This document shows, piece after piece, positions 24,877 to 37,416 of a stretch of DNA of 64,000 nucleotides. A program made the translations under genes and the position numbers. The first letter of the stretch is position 1; the number at the start of each line of letters is the position of its first letter. The stretch spans positions 123,690,001 through 123,754,000 of the forward strand of contig OX597816.1 of assembly GCA_951406725.2 (NCBI GenBank). Reading direction: 5' to 3'. The stretch is from Octopus vulgaris (Eukaryota). The notes under the pieces were generated by a model, which was not told the origin of the DNA, made no database searches, and worked only from the letters and a program-made list of their open reading frames with translations.

Positions 24877-25529
24877 CACACACATGTGCACGCACACGTG
24901 CGCACACACACACAAGCACTTCGAAGGCTACTTCCATGCAAATTCAGGGACAAGAGATACCTACCAAGTACCTACAGCATGAGTAAGAGGCAGAAAACAC
25001 TGATGGAGCCAAATCAGCTGATTAGGGCAGCAGACCAAACAGTTCAAAACCAGTCATGCACAGCAACCATTGAAACCAAGGACTTGTGTGCAGGAGTATT
25101 GTGTTGATGAAACAAGATCCCTTTCAGCAGTTTTCCTTATTGTTTTGTCTTGATAGCCTTTTGTAACTGCCTCAGCAAGTTGGCTGTATGTACAATAGGC
25201 TTCTTCATAGTTTCTGGCAACTAAATTCATTCTCCAGATGTTGGTTGATTCAGGACTTTAGGAGAAGACACTTGTCCAGAGTGTCATGCAGTGAGACTGA
25301 ACCTGAAACCAAGTGGTAGTAAAGGAATCTTTTTAACCACGCAGCCATGCCTGCACCAACACAAGAAAAGAAATGACAGGCAATTATAAGTTATGTTATC
25401 TGTAAAATTATGTTTTACTAATATGCATTGCAAAACCGTACTTTTTTCGTAGTTTCCAAAAATGCAAGTAATATAAGAAAATAATGGAAGAGATTTGATA
25501 TTAAATATGGTTCTGGAATGTTAACGTTC

Positions 25530-26236
25530 CTATCTTCAGGCACTGAAAGATGCTAGATTTAGAAATTTTTATGGACTGAAAATACCAGAGTAGAATGTAA
25601 ATGCTTATCTTTCTAATGCACATTTTACTAATCCAAAGCTTTTTAAAGAATGAATAAACTTAGAAATTAGTTTTGAAGTTTATATACAGTTTCAACAAAA
25701 TGAGTATGAAGTTTTCTGGTTAAAAATGCAAAACATGTATCCTAAACTTTGGCAAGAAATAAAATTACTTCTATCATTTTACTTCTTTATATTTGTTTAA
25801 GGATGGTTTCAGTGTTGAGTTGCAGTTGTTAACTAAGCAGTGAACTACACTGCAAACAAGTGGGAAGAGAAACTTGAAATATTATCAAACTTTGCTCCAA
25901 ATATTGAAAAATTATCAAATCATCATCAGGTTTTTTTAGCCATTAAATTTAAGCAAATTTAATTATTTTTTCATTAAATGCATTATGTTTACACATTTTT
26001 GTTTTGCATTAATCTGTTCTCTTCATGTTCATTATTTAAAAATAAATTTCTATCAAAACCACAGATTGGTTTTTACCTATGAGTGTAAAATGTAAATAAT
26101 AGCAACTTTCTTTTCACATAGTAATCTATTGTGTTTTTACAGTTATTGGGTTATTAACTGTCAAATTTATGGCAAGGAGAGGTTCTTAGCATTTACAAGG
26201 GTGATAAATCAAAAATAAAAAGTTAAGAATCATTGA
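25530..26236 (+). mobile_element. hAT (Charlie/Buster-like) transposase C-terminal relic and terminus
   Basis: FWLKMQNMYPKLWQEIKLLL..GFS resembles the hAT dimerisation domain; the end AAAGTTAAGAATCATTG resembles the hAT TIR GTTGAGAACCACTG. Confidence 0.55.
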
Positions 26237-26521
26237 TTTAGAAAAACGCAGCCAGCTTTAATTTCTAACTACATAAGGCAAGAATTTATGTAAAAGTCAA
26301 TGATTAAGATCAGCTTTAATGTTATTATTTTACCAAAAAGTCAAACTACAAATGCCAATAGTAACAAAAGCATCAACATTAAAAGGTCAAGAATACCAAC
26401 CATCCAGTAATTAAGGGAAGTAGTTTACAATAGCAGAGAAATGACTGATTGTAAATGATTAAAAGTTTCACAGACCAAGTCTGCCATGGTTTGATGATGC
26501 TATCCACTTTCTGTATATTAA

Positions 26522-26742
26522 CCCTTTCGTTACTGTATTTATTTTGAGATGCTCTGTGTTTCTTCCAATTATTTAAAATATAACAAAGAATTTAGTAAAA
26601 TAACATCGTTATCATTGAACTAGTGTTAGGAACATAAATTGTGATTAAGATTTGGTGGAAGATTTGAAGTCAAAACTTAAGAAAACAAGACATTTATACT
26701 AAAGAGCCAGAGCCAGTTTCAGCTGGGTTGGTAACGAAAGGG
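26522..26742. mobile_element. piggyBac-type MITE (TTAA TSD)
   Basis: TTAA-CCCTTTCGTTAC ... GTAACGAAAGGG-TTAA with a perfect 12-bp TIR; empty paralogous site at 32342-32345. Confidence 0.92.
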
Positions 26743-26819
26743 TTAATGACATTTGTTGCTATTTGTAATTCTTATTCTCATGCAGCCGATGCAAAAATCA
26801 TAAATTTTTGGCCTTTTGC

Positions 26820-28420
26820 TTACAGGTGCCATCCACATACAACTTATACACCACATGCTAGACGTGCCCTATTTCCATGAACTGATGTGACTTTGAAACA
26901 CTTTCCAGTGAAGACATGACAGCCTGGTTACCAAGTATCTTTTCAAAACACAGTCACTCCTCATATCCAGGAAACAATAATGTATTCCCTTCCTTATGCA
27001 CGAATTACTACAAGACTTTTGCAAGAAATACTAGACCATATAGTTTCTAGTGGTGACCTCACATTACTGAGAATGTATCAAAAAGTCAAGGCTTCCACCT
27101 CAGGGTCAGAAAATATTTTAATCCAAGTCAGTTGCTGACTTTTGCAAAGCTCAGGGCCCTGACACCATCCATTTGATTAACAAATATTCACTTGTCAACA
27201 AACTGCTTGCCTTTTCTATCTCTTCTACATTTATTACAATGTACTCTGAACTTTTGAACTGATAACTGTATAGGTACAAGTATTAAGTGATTCTCTGACA
27301 GTTCAATGTATATAGCAGAGGCTACAGCATTCTATGATTGCTATGTCAGACCAATAATTAACACTCTTAAATAATTAAATTTAAGATATATCTTACTATA
27401 TCAAATATATTAGGATGCGTGTTTCTTACTATAGTATAAATTTGGGTATAACTGAATGGTTAAAAAATTTGATTCACAACCATGAAGACAGTGGCCTAGG
27501 AACAAAATTCGATTAAGGAGTGCAAATTCAAGTCCAATTTTTTTTTCAATCTTAATATCCAAACAAACATTGATATAATAATATTTATTATTATTATAAT
27601 ATATGGAAAAGTAATGTTTCAAATCATTCAAAAAATCTTTCTATACTCACTTATTTTGGTGATGAAGTTTTCCAAAAGGATGTCCTAAGTGTTTTCATTG
27701 CACAAGTTTTTATGCATATGCATTACAGCACAGTGTATCAGATGGTGTTGCATCATTGTGGTGTGGAGTCAGGTCTTCAAACAGCAGAGTATGCTGAAAA
27801 TTCTCTTGTTTGATGCAACAGACACAAGTTTGCAACATGACATTCTCATCACAAAGGCTTATCCATATTGCTTTCAGAAGGTGCATTGGTGAACAAAGTT
27901 CAATGCATCAGTGACCGTGGTAACCATAGATCCAATTTCCTGGAGGACAAGGTCTAGAGTGGAAACATATTTTTTAATCTCTTTTATATACCTGAAGTGT
28001 TTCTGCTCATTGTACATGTACCATCAAAGACAACATAATATTTAAGCTCAGAGAAATGTTTAAGAAACAAAAACATTCAGAATAACCTTAGTCATTGTCT
28101 CTGAAGTGTAGTCAGAAGGGTTATAAAAGCTGAGGAAATCTTTGTGGACATCCTGGTTTTCAGAAAAATAATGATAATAACTGATTCTCGTTCCATGCCA
28201 AAGCAATCACATATAACATCAATAGACATGAAATCTTCAACTTTTTCTCTGATCTCATGTTAGATGTTATGAGCATATGCCTCTATGATTTCATTTTGTA
28301 TGGTATCAGATTGGAAATTAATTCATCATTTAAGCTGCTGACATATTTTTGTACCATATTCTTCAGCAAGTTCTGTTTTGAGATTTACAAAGTTTCCTGT
28401 GATGCATGTTAACTTTCTTT
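26820..28420 (-). mobile_element. Highly decayed hAT-like transposase sequence
   Basis: Scattered motif remnants on the minus strand (MDGVRAL resembles TDGARAM; CVASN/HQ region); no open frame. Confidence 0.3.
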
Positions 28421-29827
28421 TCGAAGATGAAACAAGTAACTTCTTTTATCTTTTACTAAGAACATTCCCTGATGCTTCAACATTGGAACTGTGAACTACT
28501 ATTATCTTTTACTAAGGATTTACGTAATTCTCTAATCATGAAAGTGCTAATCACTGTTATCTTTCACTAAGTATGTTTTTTAATTCTTTGATGCACTGGC
28601 AACTACTACTATCATTTATCAAAGATTTTCTTTAATTCTGTCTCTCCAAAGATGGAATAGTTGGCTTACATGGAAATCTTTGCTCAATGATATATGATCT
28701 ACACGCTCAGCTATTCTAGAAACAACTGTAAGAAACTGTATGTATTATTTCTTAATTTGTTATTTACTATAACTGTTCTGCAATTATGTTTGGATTATAA
28801 AATCCATATTTTACACATTCATCTGTAAACAACCGTGCAAAGGAGAGATGACGAGAATAGCTCCTTTAGTACATCACACAGTCAATACAATAAATATGAA
28901 AAGGGATAAATGCATATAAGTGCCAGAAGGAAAAGAGAGGCACAACTGGGTAGAATGTTTAAGAGAAGATTTTATTTATATGTTAACATGTGTGTGTATG
29001 CGTCATATATACATAATAATAGACAGGCCGTCATGTATACAAAGTGTATGTGTGTGCATTAAGTACAGAGAATTGAAAGAGTCTATAATATGACGTTAGA
29101 AGAATGTTCAGACATAAGGATGGTAAATACCAGTTCGTAGTCAAGGTACACAATAATTGAAGTGCTGTAACAAGATGTTGTGGCAGTAATACAGAGCCGG
29201 TTGAGGTACATGTCATACTTGAAGCTGTGGCTACAATGCAGAGCCAGTTATTTGATACAGAAGGTTCTCACAGGTTGTGTTTGCTGTTAACCATGGTGAA
29301 GTAATTCATGAACAGTGAGGAGACAGCACCTGTGTGAGTGCTGCTGGTTGCCGTGTACATAGATAGATGTTGATGATGTTAAGATGACAGAGGCAACGGA
29401 GAAAGTGACTGCCGTATGCTGTTGGTCGAGTGTTGCTGCGTCTACATGTGGCTGCTGTTGTGTTGGCACTGGAACTGGCTGTGTGCTCTGTGGTCAGTGG
29501 TTAGACCTCAAAAGGTCTAAAACCAAAAGACAAAAGATGGTGTAAAGCTAGCATTTTATACTGTACTATCAGCTTGCTGGAAGTTTGGAAGAGACTGTCT
29601 CACGTGACCTTGTCAGAAGGCTGCAATTGGCTGAGGTGGATATTGGTGCACAATAGAGCAAGAGACAAACTGCGCTAATACCAACTAATCTGAGTAGTGG
29701 ACACAACAGGGTCCAAAAGGGCGGCCGAAGGGTAGCTGTTATCTATTATATCTGTATTTGTGTATATATAACACAGAGAGAGAGAAACTTCCCTAAGCAT
29801 ACACTACACATCTCTCTTTTTAATATA

Positions 29828-31397
29828 TCAAGTCATCCCATAAATAATGTCAGAATTTTGGGTAAGGGACAAAGTGATCTAATTTTACATTTTATTTAAA
29901 TTCAATCCTGTTTATAATTCCCATAATTATTGATGACTTCCTTCAATCTACTCATCAGTTTTTAAATTCCATTTGTGAAAAACTCTTCTGATTTTGATGA
30001 GAAGAAGGAAAAAAGGTCACTTTTGACCTCTTTGGGGCTTTTGAGTACTAATCTATCTAAATGATTCTGTAAGCTTCAAAACAAATGGTTATCAGAATGA
30101 GTGGAGTCCAGGTGATAAGGTGTGTGAAGGGGTTTTTCCCAGCCAAGTTCTTCAATGTTTCCTGATGTAATTTTTGCAGTGTGGAGCCTTGCATTATCAT
30201 GATGAAACACTGCTTCCTTATGATTCATCAAAGCAGACCTTTTTTTTTATTCAAAGCAGCATCGAAATGCTTTAATTCATCATCATCACCATCATCGTTT
30301 AGCGTCCGCTTTCCATGCTGGCATGGGTTGGACAGTTCAACTGGTGTCTGGAAAGCCAGAAGGCTGCACCAGGCCCAGTCTGATCTGGCAATGTTTCTAC
30401 GGCTGGTTGCCCTTCCTTACGCCAACCACTCCATGAGTGTAGTGGATGCTTTTTACGCGCCAGACGAAGCTGGCAAACGGCCACGATCGGATGGTGCTTT
30501 TTATGTGCCACCAGCACGGAGGCCAGGCGAGGCTGGCAATGGCCACGATTGGATGGTGCTTTTTACGTGCCACCGGCACGGATTTTACGTGGGCAATTAT
30601 TTTTTTGATTGGTAGCAGCTTAAATGGATCTCTCCAATGCAATCTCACCAAACAGAAAGAACAATTTTTGCGTGGCGGCCCGTTTTGGGTTGTGGTCTAG
30701 TCTATTATTCATTGCCTAGTTGCTCAACATTTTCATAAAAAATCCATTTTTCATCATCAGTCGCTAATCTGTTCAAAAACTGTGAGCTACATTCATGAGA
30801 ATGAAGAGATGAGCAAATGTCCACTCATGACTTTTGATTGGCATCTGTCAAATCATGGGGAATCTATTTTCCAAGTTTGAAAACCTTTCCAAGCTGAAGA
30901 TGACAGTGAATAGTTGAAAGGCTTGAATTGTGCTTGCTTGCCAATTCTTTAACTTACACATCATTATCTTTCTCAATCTCTGACAAAAGAAGCTAATGAT
31001 CAAATTCAACAGGGCATCCTGTTTGTGGCCTCTCTCTTCAGCTGAAATCACCATTCTTGAACTTTGCAACCCTTCTTCTGCAACTTCTTTCATTTAAGCA
31101 CTCTTATACACAAACAGAATGGATATTTTGAATTGGTTTTGCCGCACTGTTTCCCTTTTTGAACTCACAAAGCATAAACATGCCTTAAGCACTCCTTCTA
31201 TGCATCCGTCTTTGAGGGATTAATATTAGTAATTATTTCAGTTAGATTATTTTGTAAAAAGAAATTATATCAAGTTAAAGGTTTCCAAATTCATATGAGT
31301 CTCAATTAATGCCATTTTGTCATTTTAGAATACTGATACTGTAAAATTTGATTGAAATTACATATATATTTCGAACATTATCTTTGGGATGACCTGA
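29828..31397 (-). mobile_element. Full-length decayed mariner transposon with an RTE-tail insertion (30277-30590)
   Basis: TA-flanked TIR TCA(A/G)GTCATCCCA(T/A)A.ATAATGT; minus-strand motifs KLGK*IPHDL, DEKWIFY, FHHDNAR, PY..D...SDNHLF. Confidence 0.9.
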
Positions 31398-32642
31398 TAT
31401 ATCTACCAGCTCAGTGATGAACCACTTATAGCCACCTTTGATTGGCAACGTCAGCAACACCTTTGTTTCAGCTGCTGTTGAAACCGGAGTTTTAGTGGTA
31501 AATCAACCTCAGCACTTGTAGTACATACCTATTACATTATCTCTTTAGACAAAAGTTTTTTTTTTAAATACATGTGTGTACATATATATGTATGCATGCA
31601 CACACACACAAACACACACACGCACACACACACATACATACACACACACACACACAAACATATATATATATATGTATATATTAATCAATGAAGTTTCAAC
31701 TTAGTCTGATTTTCACATTTTATTATTTGCAGGTATACATTCAGACTGAGGTGGACAGTGGCGGTGGTAGGGGTGGGGTGGGGAGTGATTCTTCACTAAT
31801 TGGAGTAGTAGTGGTGGTAATGGCAGTAGCAGTAGAATGACAATGGTGATGATGGATCTCTTGTGTCATTCTGAGAAGAATTTGAGTGGCCTGACTGGAG
31901 AAAAGCTAGGGACTGTGTTGCTTAATGGGTCATCAATTGTTCTAGTATTGACTTTCAATGATCTTGTTGTGGTTGCTATTGTTTAGTTGTGGTAAGGGTA
32001 GTAGCAGTAGAACATGATGGCGATGATGATGAGGGGCCAGTTATGGTATTCAGAGGGAACTAGGATAGCAAGACTGTGAGTGGCTCTTGATTGTAGAGTT
32101 TAATAAGTCATCAATTGTTCTAGTACTTTCAATGCTAATCTTGTTGTTGTTGCTATTGTTTGGTTGTGTTAAGGGTAGCAACAGTAGAACATAACGACAA
32201 TGATGATTATAGGTCACTTGTAGTATTCTGAGGAAATGAGGAAGTAGTTTACAATAGCAGAGAAGTAACTGATTGTAAATGATTGAAAGTTTCACTGATC
32301 AAGTCTCCCATGGTTTGGTGATGTTATATACTTTCTTTATGTTAATGACATATTTCTTGCTATTTCTAATTCATATTCCCATGCAGCTGATTATATCCCT
32401 AATTTGAAGGTCTGCTTCATCACATTGATTCTGTTTGTGAATTATATTAATGACATACGGTGTCTCTGGAATATTGAGTCAGTTTTCTTATTAATTCAAT
32501 GCACAGGTCAGTTAAATTGATGAAACAACTAGATGCTCATATGCCAAAAGTGACAAGAGGTCTCATCTTACTATATTACTAACACATATTTTATTATGTA
32601 ATTAAAGTGATCAATACTTCCATAAGTAACAATTTCTCCAAA

Positions 32643-33045
32643 TCATCATCATCATCATCATCGTTTAATGTCAGTTTTCCATGCTAGCATGGGTTGGACG
32701 GTTCGGTCGGGGTCTGGGAAGCCAGGAGGCTGCACTAAGCTCCAGTCTGATCTGGCAGTGTTTCTACAGCTGGATGCCCTTCCTAACGCCAACCACTCCG
32801 TGAGTGTAGTGGGTGCTTTTTACGTGCACAGGTGCCAGGGGAGGCTGGCAACGGCCATGATCAGTTGGTGCTTTTTACATGCCACTGGCACGGAAGCCAG
32901 TCAAGGTGGCGCTGGCATCAGCCATGTAAGGGTGGTGCTTTTTACATACCACCAGCACAGGTGTCACAACTACAATTTCCATTTGATTTTCCTTGATGTT
33001 GATGTACTTGATTCAATAGGTCTCCTCAAGCACAGCAGGTCTTGA
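32643..33045 (-). mobile_element. RTE-type 3' tail repeat
   Basis: Matches 59012-59520. Confidence 0.8.
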
Positions 33046-33348
33046 GGAGACAAATGGTTATTTTAAAAGAAAAATTACAAAGGAAACTGACTCTATCCTA
33101 CATGAAATAAATAGTAACAGAAAAGAAATATGGTGCAAGAAAGTTAACACGCCTCATTGTTCTTTAGACCTCGGACTAAAGAACAATAGGGTCTTTAAAT
33201 ACAAACCTATAATACACATTCTCAGTCACAATTGGTGTTATTCCCTAATGTTATATATGGTACTACCTAGTAGAGGATGATATTCTGCATGGAGCTGTTC
33301 AAAAGCTTATCATAAAGAGTGAATAGTGACAGTATAGGTGTGCTGCTT

Positions 33349-33721
33349 TTATTACCTCTGCCTTAGCGAAGGTGGAGGTATTGTTTTCAGTTGTGTTTGT
33401 TTGTTTGTTTGTCCATGGACAAGATATCTTGAGAACCGCTGGATAGATTTAGATGAAACTTTCAAGGATGTTTGGCTCTGTGACTGGCATAAACTGATTA
33501 GATTTTGGGATTGATTTAGTACCAGACAAAAATTCTGGATTATTTTTCCTGTTTTTATACTTAAATTTTGAGAGTGGTCAGGTTCATTTTAACTATTCTT
33601 GTTTGTGAGAACAGTCAAGTTTATTTCAGATATTCTCATTTTAAAAATCCTCTCTGGCTAATCGTTGAGAGGACATTGGTGTTGCCTTGGCAGAGGTTTG
33701 CACTCTCTGAGTACTCTTGTT
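33349..33721 (+). mobile_element. Helentron-associated (HINE/DINE-1-like) element
   Basis: TT|ATTACCTCTGCC..GGTGGAGGTA 5' palindrome, (GTTT)n, subterminal IR GGCAGAGGT, 3' stem-loop GCACTCTCTGAGTAC, T-rich end. Confidence 0.8.
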
Positions 33722-33752
33722 ATTATTTTTATTATTGAGTAGACCGTTTTTG

Positions 33753-33977
33753 TATGTTGGCAAAGGTAAAGAATACACACACCTATTTAGGGCTAGGGTT
33801 AGGGCTAGGGTTTAGGGTTAGGGATAGGGTTAGGGTTAGGGATAGGGTTTAGAGTTAGGGATAGGGTTTAGGGTTACATTTAGGGTTTAGGGTTACATTT
33901 AGGGTTTAGGGTTAAGGTTAGGGTTTGGGTTACACCGAAAACAGGTGGTGTGCATATTCTTTGCCTCCACCAGTATG
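33753..33977. mobile_element. MITE-like element enclosing a degenerate (TTAGGG)n array (33787-33932)
   Basis: About 35-bp imperfect inverted flanks (AGGTAAAGAATACACACACCTATTT / AAACAGGTGGTGTGCATATTCTTTGCCT). Confidence 0.75.
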
Positions 33978-34837
33978 TTTTTAGATTCTGTGGTAGCCAC
34001 AGGGGAGGTTGGCCAATAAAGACACAAGGTGCAAAAGTAGATGTTTTCTACATTTAGCATTAGTAGAGCACATCCCAGTGCAATACTTGATGATAATGTG
34101 TTAATTGATGTTTGGGCTATTTGTATATCTTACATTTTACTTTTTATCTTTTACTTGTTTCAGTCATTAGTCTGTGGCCATATATCCTTGAATATGGTAT
34201 AGAGCCAGCCAGAGAGGTGCAACATTACATCAATAACCACCTATATATGGCAATTAAAAGATGAAGGAATACCATACAAAATAAAATGAAAGCTGCTAGA
34301 ACAATCTGGGTCATACCTCATCAAAAGCAGATGGTGCAAATTTTACTCAGCTGAGAGGACAATAATCATGAAAAAATTACATGATCTACATACCTTCTTG
34401 AATTCAAAAAGTGAAATTTTTTGATGAAGCCCTTATGACAAAAAATTCATTTTGGAAATGTGGTCTTCCACATTTATAGACTAGTAAACAAAAACTGCAC
34501 ACAAACTGAACTATTTCAGACACAACTGGAATCATTCAAAGGGAAGTAATCCAATGAGTATATAGCCAACAAGTCATATTTCACATATATTGCCAAGTGC
34601 AATAGTAGAAGGGAAAGCATTGATAACTTTCTGACTGGTTATATGCTATAACCAAGGGTATACAACTTCAGCTACATAATGTGTGTGTGTGGGCATGCGT
34701 GTGTGTGTGCATGTGTGAGTGTGTGTGCATATTATTTGGTTTAGTCAGTCTCTTGCTATTCTGAGTTCCATCTGTTAGTGCACAGGATCTTCATAAAAAG
34801 TTATGACTGAAAATTGATCGGATTTGCTCATCTGTCT

Positions 34838-34866
<29 letters not shown>

Positions 34867-34868
<2 letters not shown>

Positions 34869-35330
34869 GCTGAAATTTACAGAAAAACAGAAGATGAAGA
34901 CAAGTGTATAAACAACAAGCAGGTGTATTAGTTTAATGCTTGGGAAGGTGAGAAAGTCTTTTATGTTTTGAGCCTACACTCTTCAACAGAAAGGAGCACA
35001 AGGAAATAAACAGAGAGAAATTAAAAAAACTTTTGGAGCTAGTAGTCAATCATATATATATATATATATATAGTCAATCCAAGCATGAGCAAGCAAGAAA
35101 AAACTACAATGCAAGGATGTGGAATAAGTACAGTGTTATTGGATGCTGAGGAAAGGAAAGAAAAGAAAGAGGATTTCATGTTTCGAGTGGAGCTCTTCAT
35201 CAGAAATATAGAAAAAGTCCAAAGAAGGGAAGACGGAGAAAGAAAATCGTCAAAGATACATGATGGAAAGAAAAATATAGTAAGGAGTGGAAAAAGGAGA
35301 AACAAAGAGAAAAAGATGGAAAAGAATGCT
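34867..35330 (-). mobile_element. Two Penelope pseudo-LTR-like fragments with degenerate HHR cores (34958-34993; 35173-35207)
   Basis: Minus strand: CTTT-CTGTTGA-aGAGtgtaggCTC-AAAACATA-AAAG and ATTT-CTGATGA-aGAGctccaCTC-GAAACATG-AAAT. Confidence 0.6.
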
Positions 35331-36299
35331 TAAAAGAAGAAAGGAAAAGAAAAGAAAGAAAAGAAAACACAAGGAAAGGAAAAAGAGACAAGGTAGAGAG
35401 AGTTAGAGAGAGGGACAGAGAGTGAGAGAGAGTGTAAGAACAGAGTGAGAAGAAGAGGAAATGAAGGGAGTATATTGATAAGAGAGAATGAAGTAATGTG
35501 GGCAAATATGAGAATGACCAAAGAATGCAATGGAAAAACTCAATAGAAAAATAGCTGATAAGCACATGGATGAACTTTGGAACCATTGGCATTTAAGGAT
35601 AGTAACAAATGGAAGAAAAAGTAAATAAATATATAAAAAATAATGACATGACTGTTAAAATGAATAACAGCAAGGGGGCTAATTTGAAGTAATGGTCAAA
35701 AAGGTGTAGGTAGCAATTGTGGTAGTGGTGTATAAACAAAGTATAGGGTAATGCAAAAAAATATTTGAGGCATAAATGGAATAAATGAAGGTATATAGTA
35801 AAATATTGAGGAAGGTATGGGAAAATATTGAAAAATTCCGAAAAAAGAAACAAAATGACAATTAAGATAGAGAAAAAAGAAATCACAGCAACAAGGGTGG
35901 TTTTAGAGGGCTGGTCCATAGTTCAATAAGTAATAATTGAAGTGATTGTTATAAATGAATAAAATAAGAACTATTAACTGTCCCTCTAAAATAATACCTC
36001 TGTTGCTATGATTTGTCTCCTTTTCATTTTAACTGTTATGTTTTATAGTAATTTTCAATACTTAATATCAAGTATGAGATCAACAATAGAAATATACATT
36101 AATAAATGGGTAATAATAAAATAAAATAGCAGTTTAGAAGGAACAAAATTATATCAAGAAAGGATAGGGAGTCGATTACACATAGTAAATTAGAGTACCC
36201 TACACAACTGTATTAAAAGCAAGTGTTCTTTTAACGTTTTGCAATCAGTCTACAATTGTGTAGTTAGCGTGGGCCTATTTAGCCACTCATATGCATCTT

Positions 36300-36603
36300 T
36301 GTTTGTTCTTTCTCGAGCCATGTCTGGCTCATAAGGGCTGGTTTCCTGGTTTCCTTGGTGTATAGGTTCCCCACCTGGACGGGATGGAGGTCCGTTGCAG
36401 GTGAGCTGCAAGATGCAGGAGGAAAGAGTGAGAGAAAGTTGTGGCAAAAAAAATCAGCAGAGGTTCGTCATTACCTTCTGTCAGAGCCGTGTGGAGCTTA
36501 GGTGTTTCGCTCATAAACACACACATCGCCCAGTCTGAGATTCGAACCCGTGATCCCTCGACCGCGAGTCTGCTGCTCTAGCCACTAGACCAAGTGCCTC
36601 CAC
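36300..36603 (-). mobile_element. tRNA-derived SINE family D
   Basis: Minus-strand A box TGGTCTAGTGG and B box GGTTCGAATCT. Confidence 0.8.
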
Positions 36604-37148
36604 GATATGCATCTTTGATAAAATATAATGGATGACTGCATCTCCCTCTTTTCAAATGCTACATCAAGAAGTCACTGAACATTTAGTCCTAAAGAAAAAG
36701 CTCTACAAAGACCTTACAGTTATGCTCATCACACAACTTCTTTAACCTTAATCACTAGTCCGAGGAAGACAACTCACTTCTTGATCAAGTATGGCAGTGT
36801 GTCAATTTTCATGATAGTCTCAACAGATACCCAGGTCTGACCCACATGTGATACCAAATGCATCATCACAAACACAGAAAGTCAACAGTGTCTTATGGTT
36901 TCATCATCCTGCATGCATCCCAGATAAGCTTAATTGTTGGTAGCTGTAACATAGCCCTATTCAAAGAATATATTTGAAATGCACAAAGCTCTCCAGTACA
37001 ATTTACCGATGAAAATCTTTTGGAAATTGTCTATAATTTACAGGGTGATTGAAAAGTAACTCCTTATTTTAAGATACTTATAAATTATTTATCAATTGTA
37101 ATTTTTTCTCAAATTTTTTTTTTAAGTATGAGAATTTAATCTGTAATT

Positions 37149-37416
37149 GGGCATATGGCATAGTGGTTAAGAGTGCGGGCTACTTACCCCAAGATTCCGA
37201 GTTCAATTCCAGACAGTGACCTGAATAATAATAATAATAACATTGAAAAATACCATAGGAATGAGAACCCAGTTTCGAAATTTCCCCAAGACACCTGATG
37301 AAGGCTGGAGGGTATATCAGCTGAAACGTTGTGTTAATAACAAATGAGATGAGAACAAATGTCTGTCAAATGTAAATAATGTTTATAATTCCTCATCTCT
37401 TAAATATAGAACTGTA
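37149..37416 (+). mobile_element. Full-length tRNA-headed SINE with 3' hammerhead ribozyme
   Basis: A box TGGCATAGTGG (37156), B box GAGTTCAATTCC (37199), (AAT)n, HHR at 37290-37335. Confidence 0.85.
37290..37335 (+). ncRNA. Minimal type I hammerhead ribozyme motif
   Basis: GACAC-CTGATGA-a-GGCTG-gagggtatat-CAGCT-GAAACGTT-GTGTT; loopless palindromic stem III (ACGT). Confidence 0.75.

Noticed and set aside
28740-29760. Possible solo LTR
   Set aside because: No second copy, TSD or clear TG..CA termini could be established
30181-30700. 144-aa ORF and neighbours
   Set aside because: Chimeric frames across the antisense mariner and the RTE-tail repeat; similar ORFs recur at every copy of the tail
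33787-33932. True telomere or fusion site
   Set aside because: Short, degenerate, single orientation, and enclosed by inverted repeats
35039-35919. Hydrophobic F/L/S-rich ORFs as membrane proteins
   Set aside because: Purine/pyrimidine-skewed repeat DNA with no recognisable domain
36520-36603. tRNA gene (also 7790, 13690, 37149)
   Set aside because: A/B boxes are present but there is no complete cloverleaf, and each continues into a multi-copy SINE body
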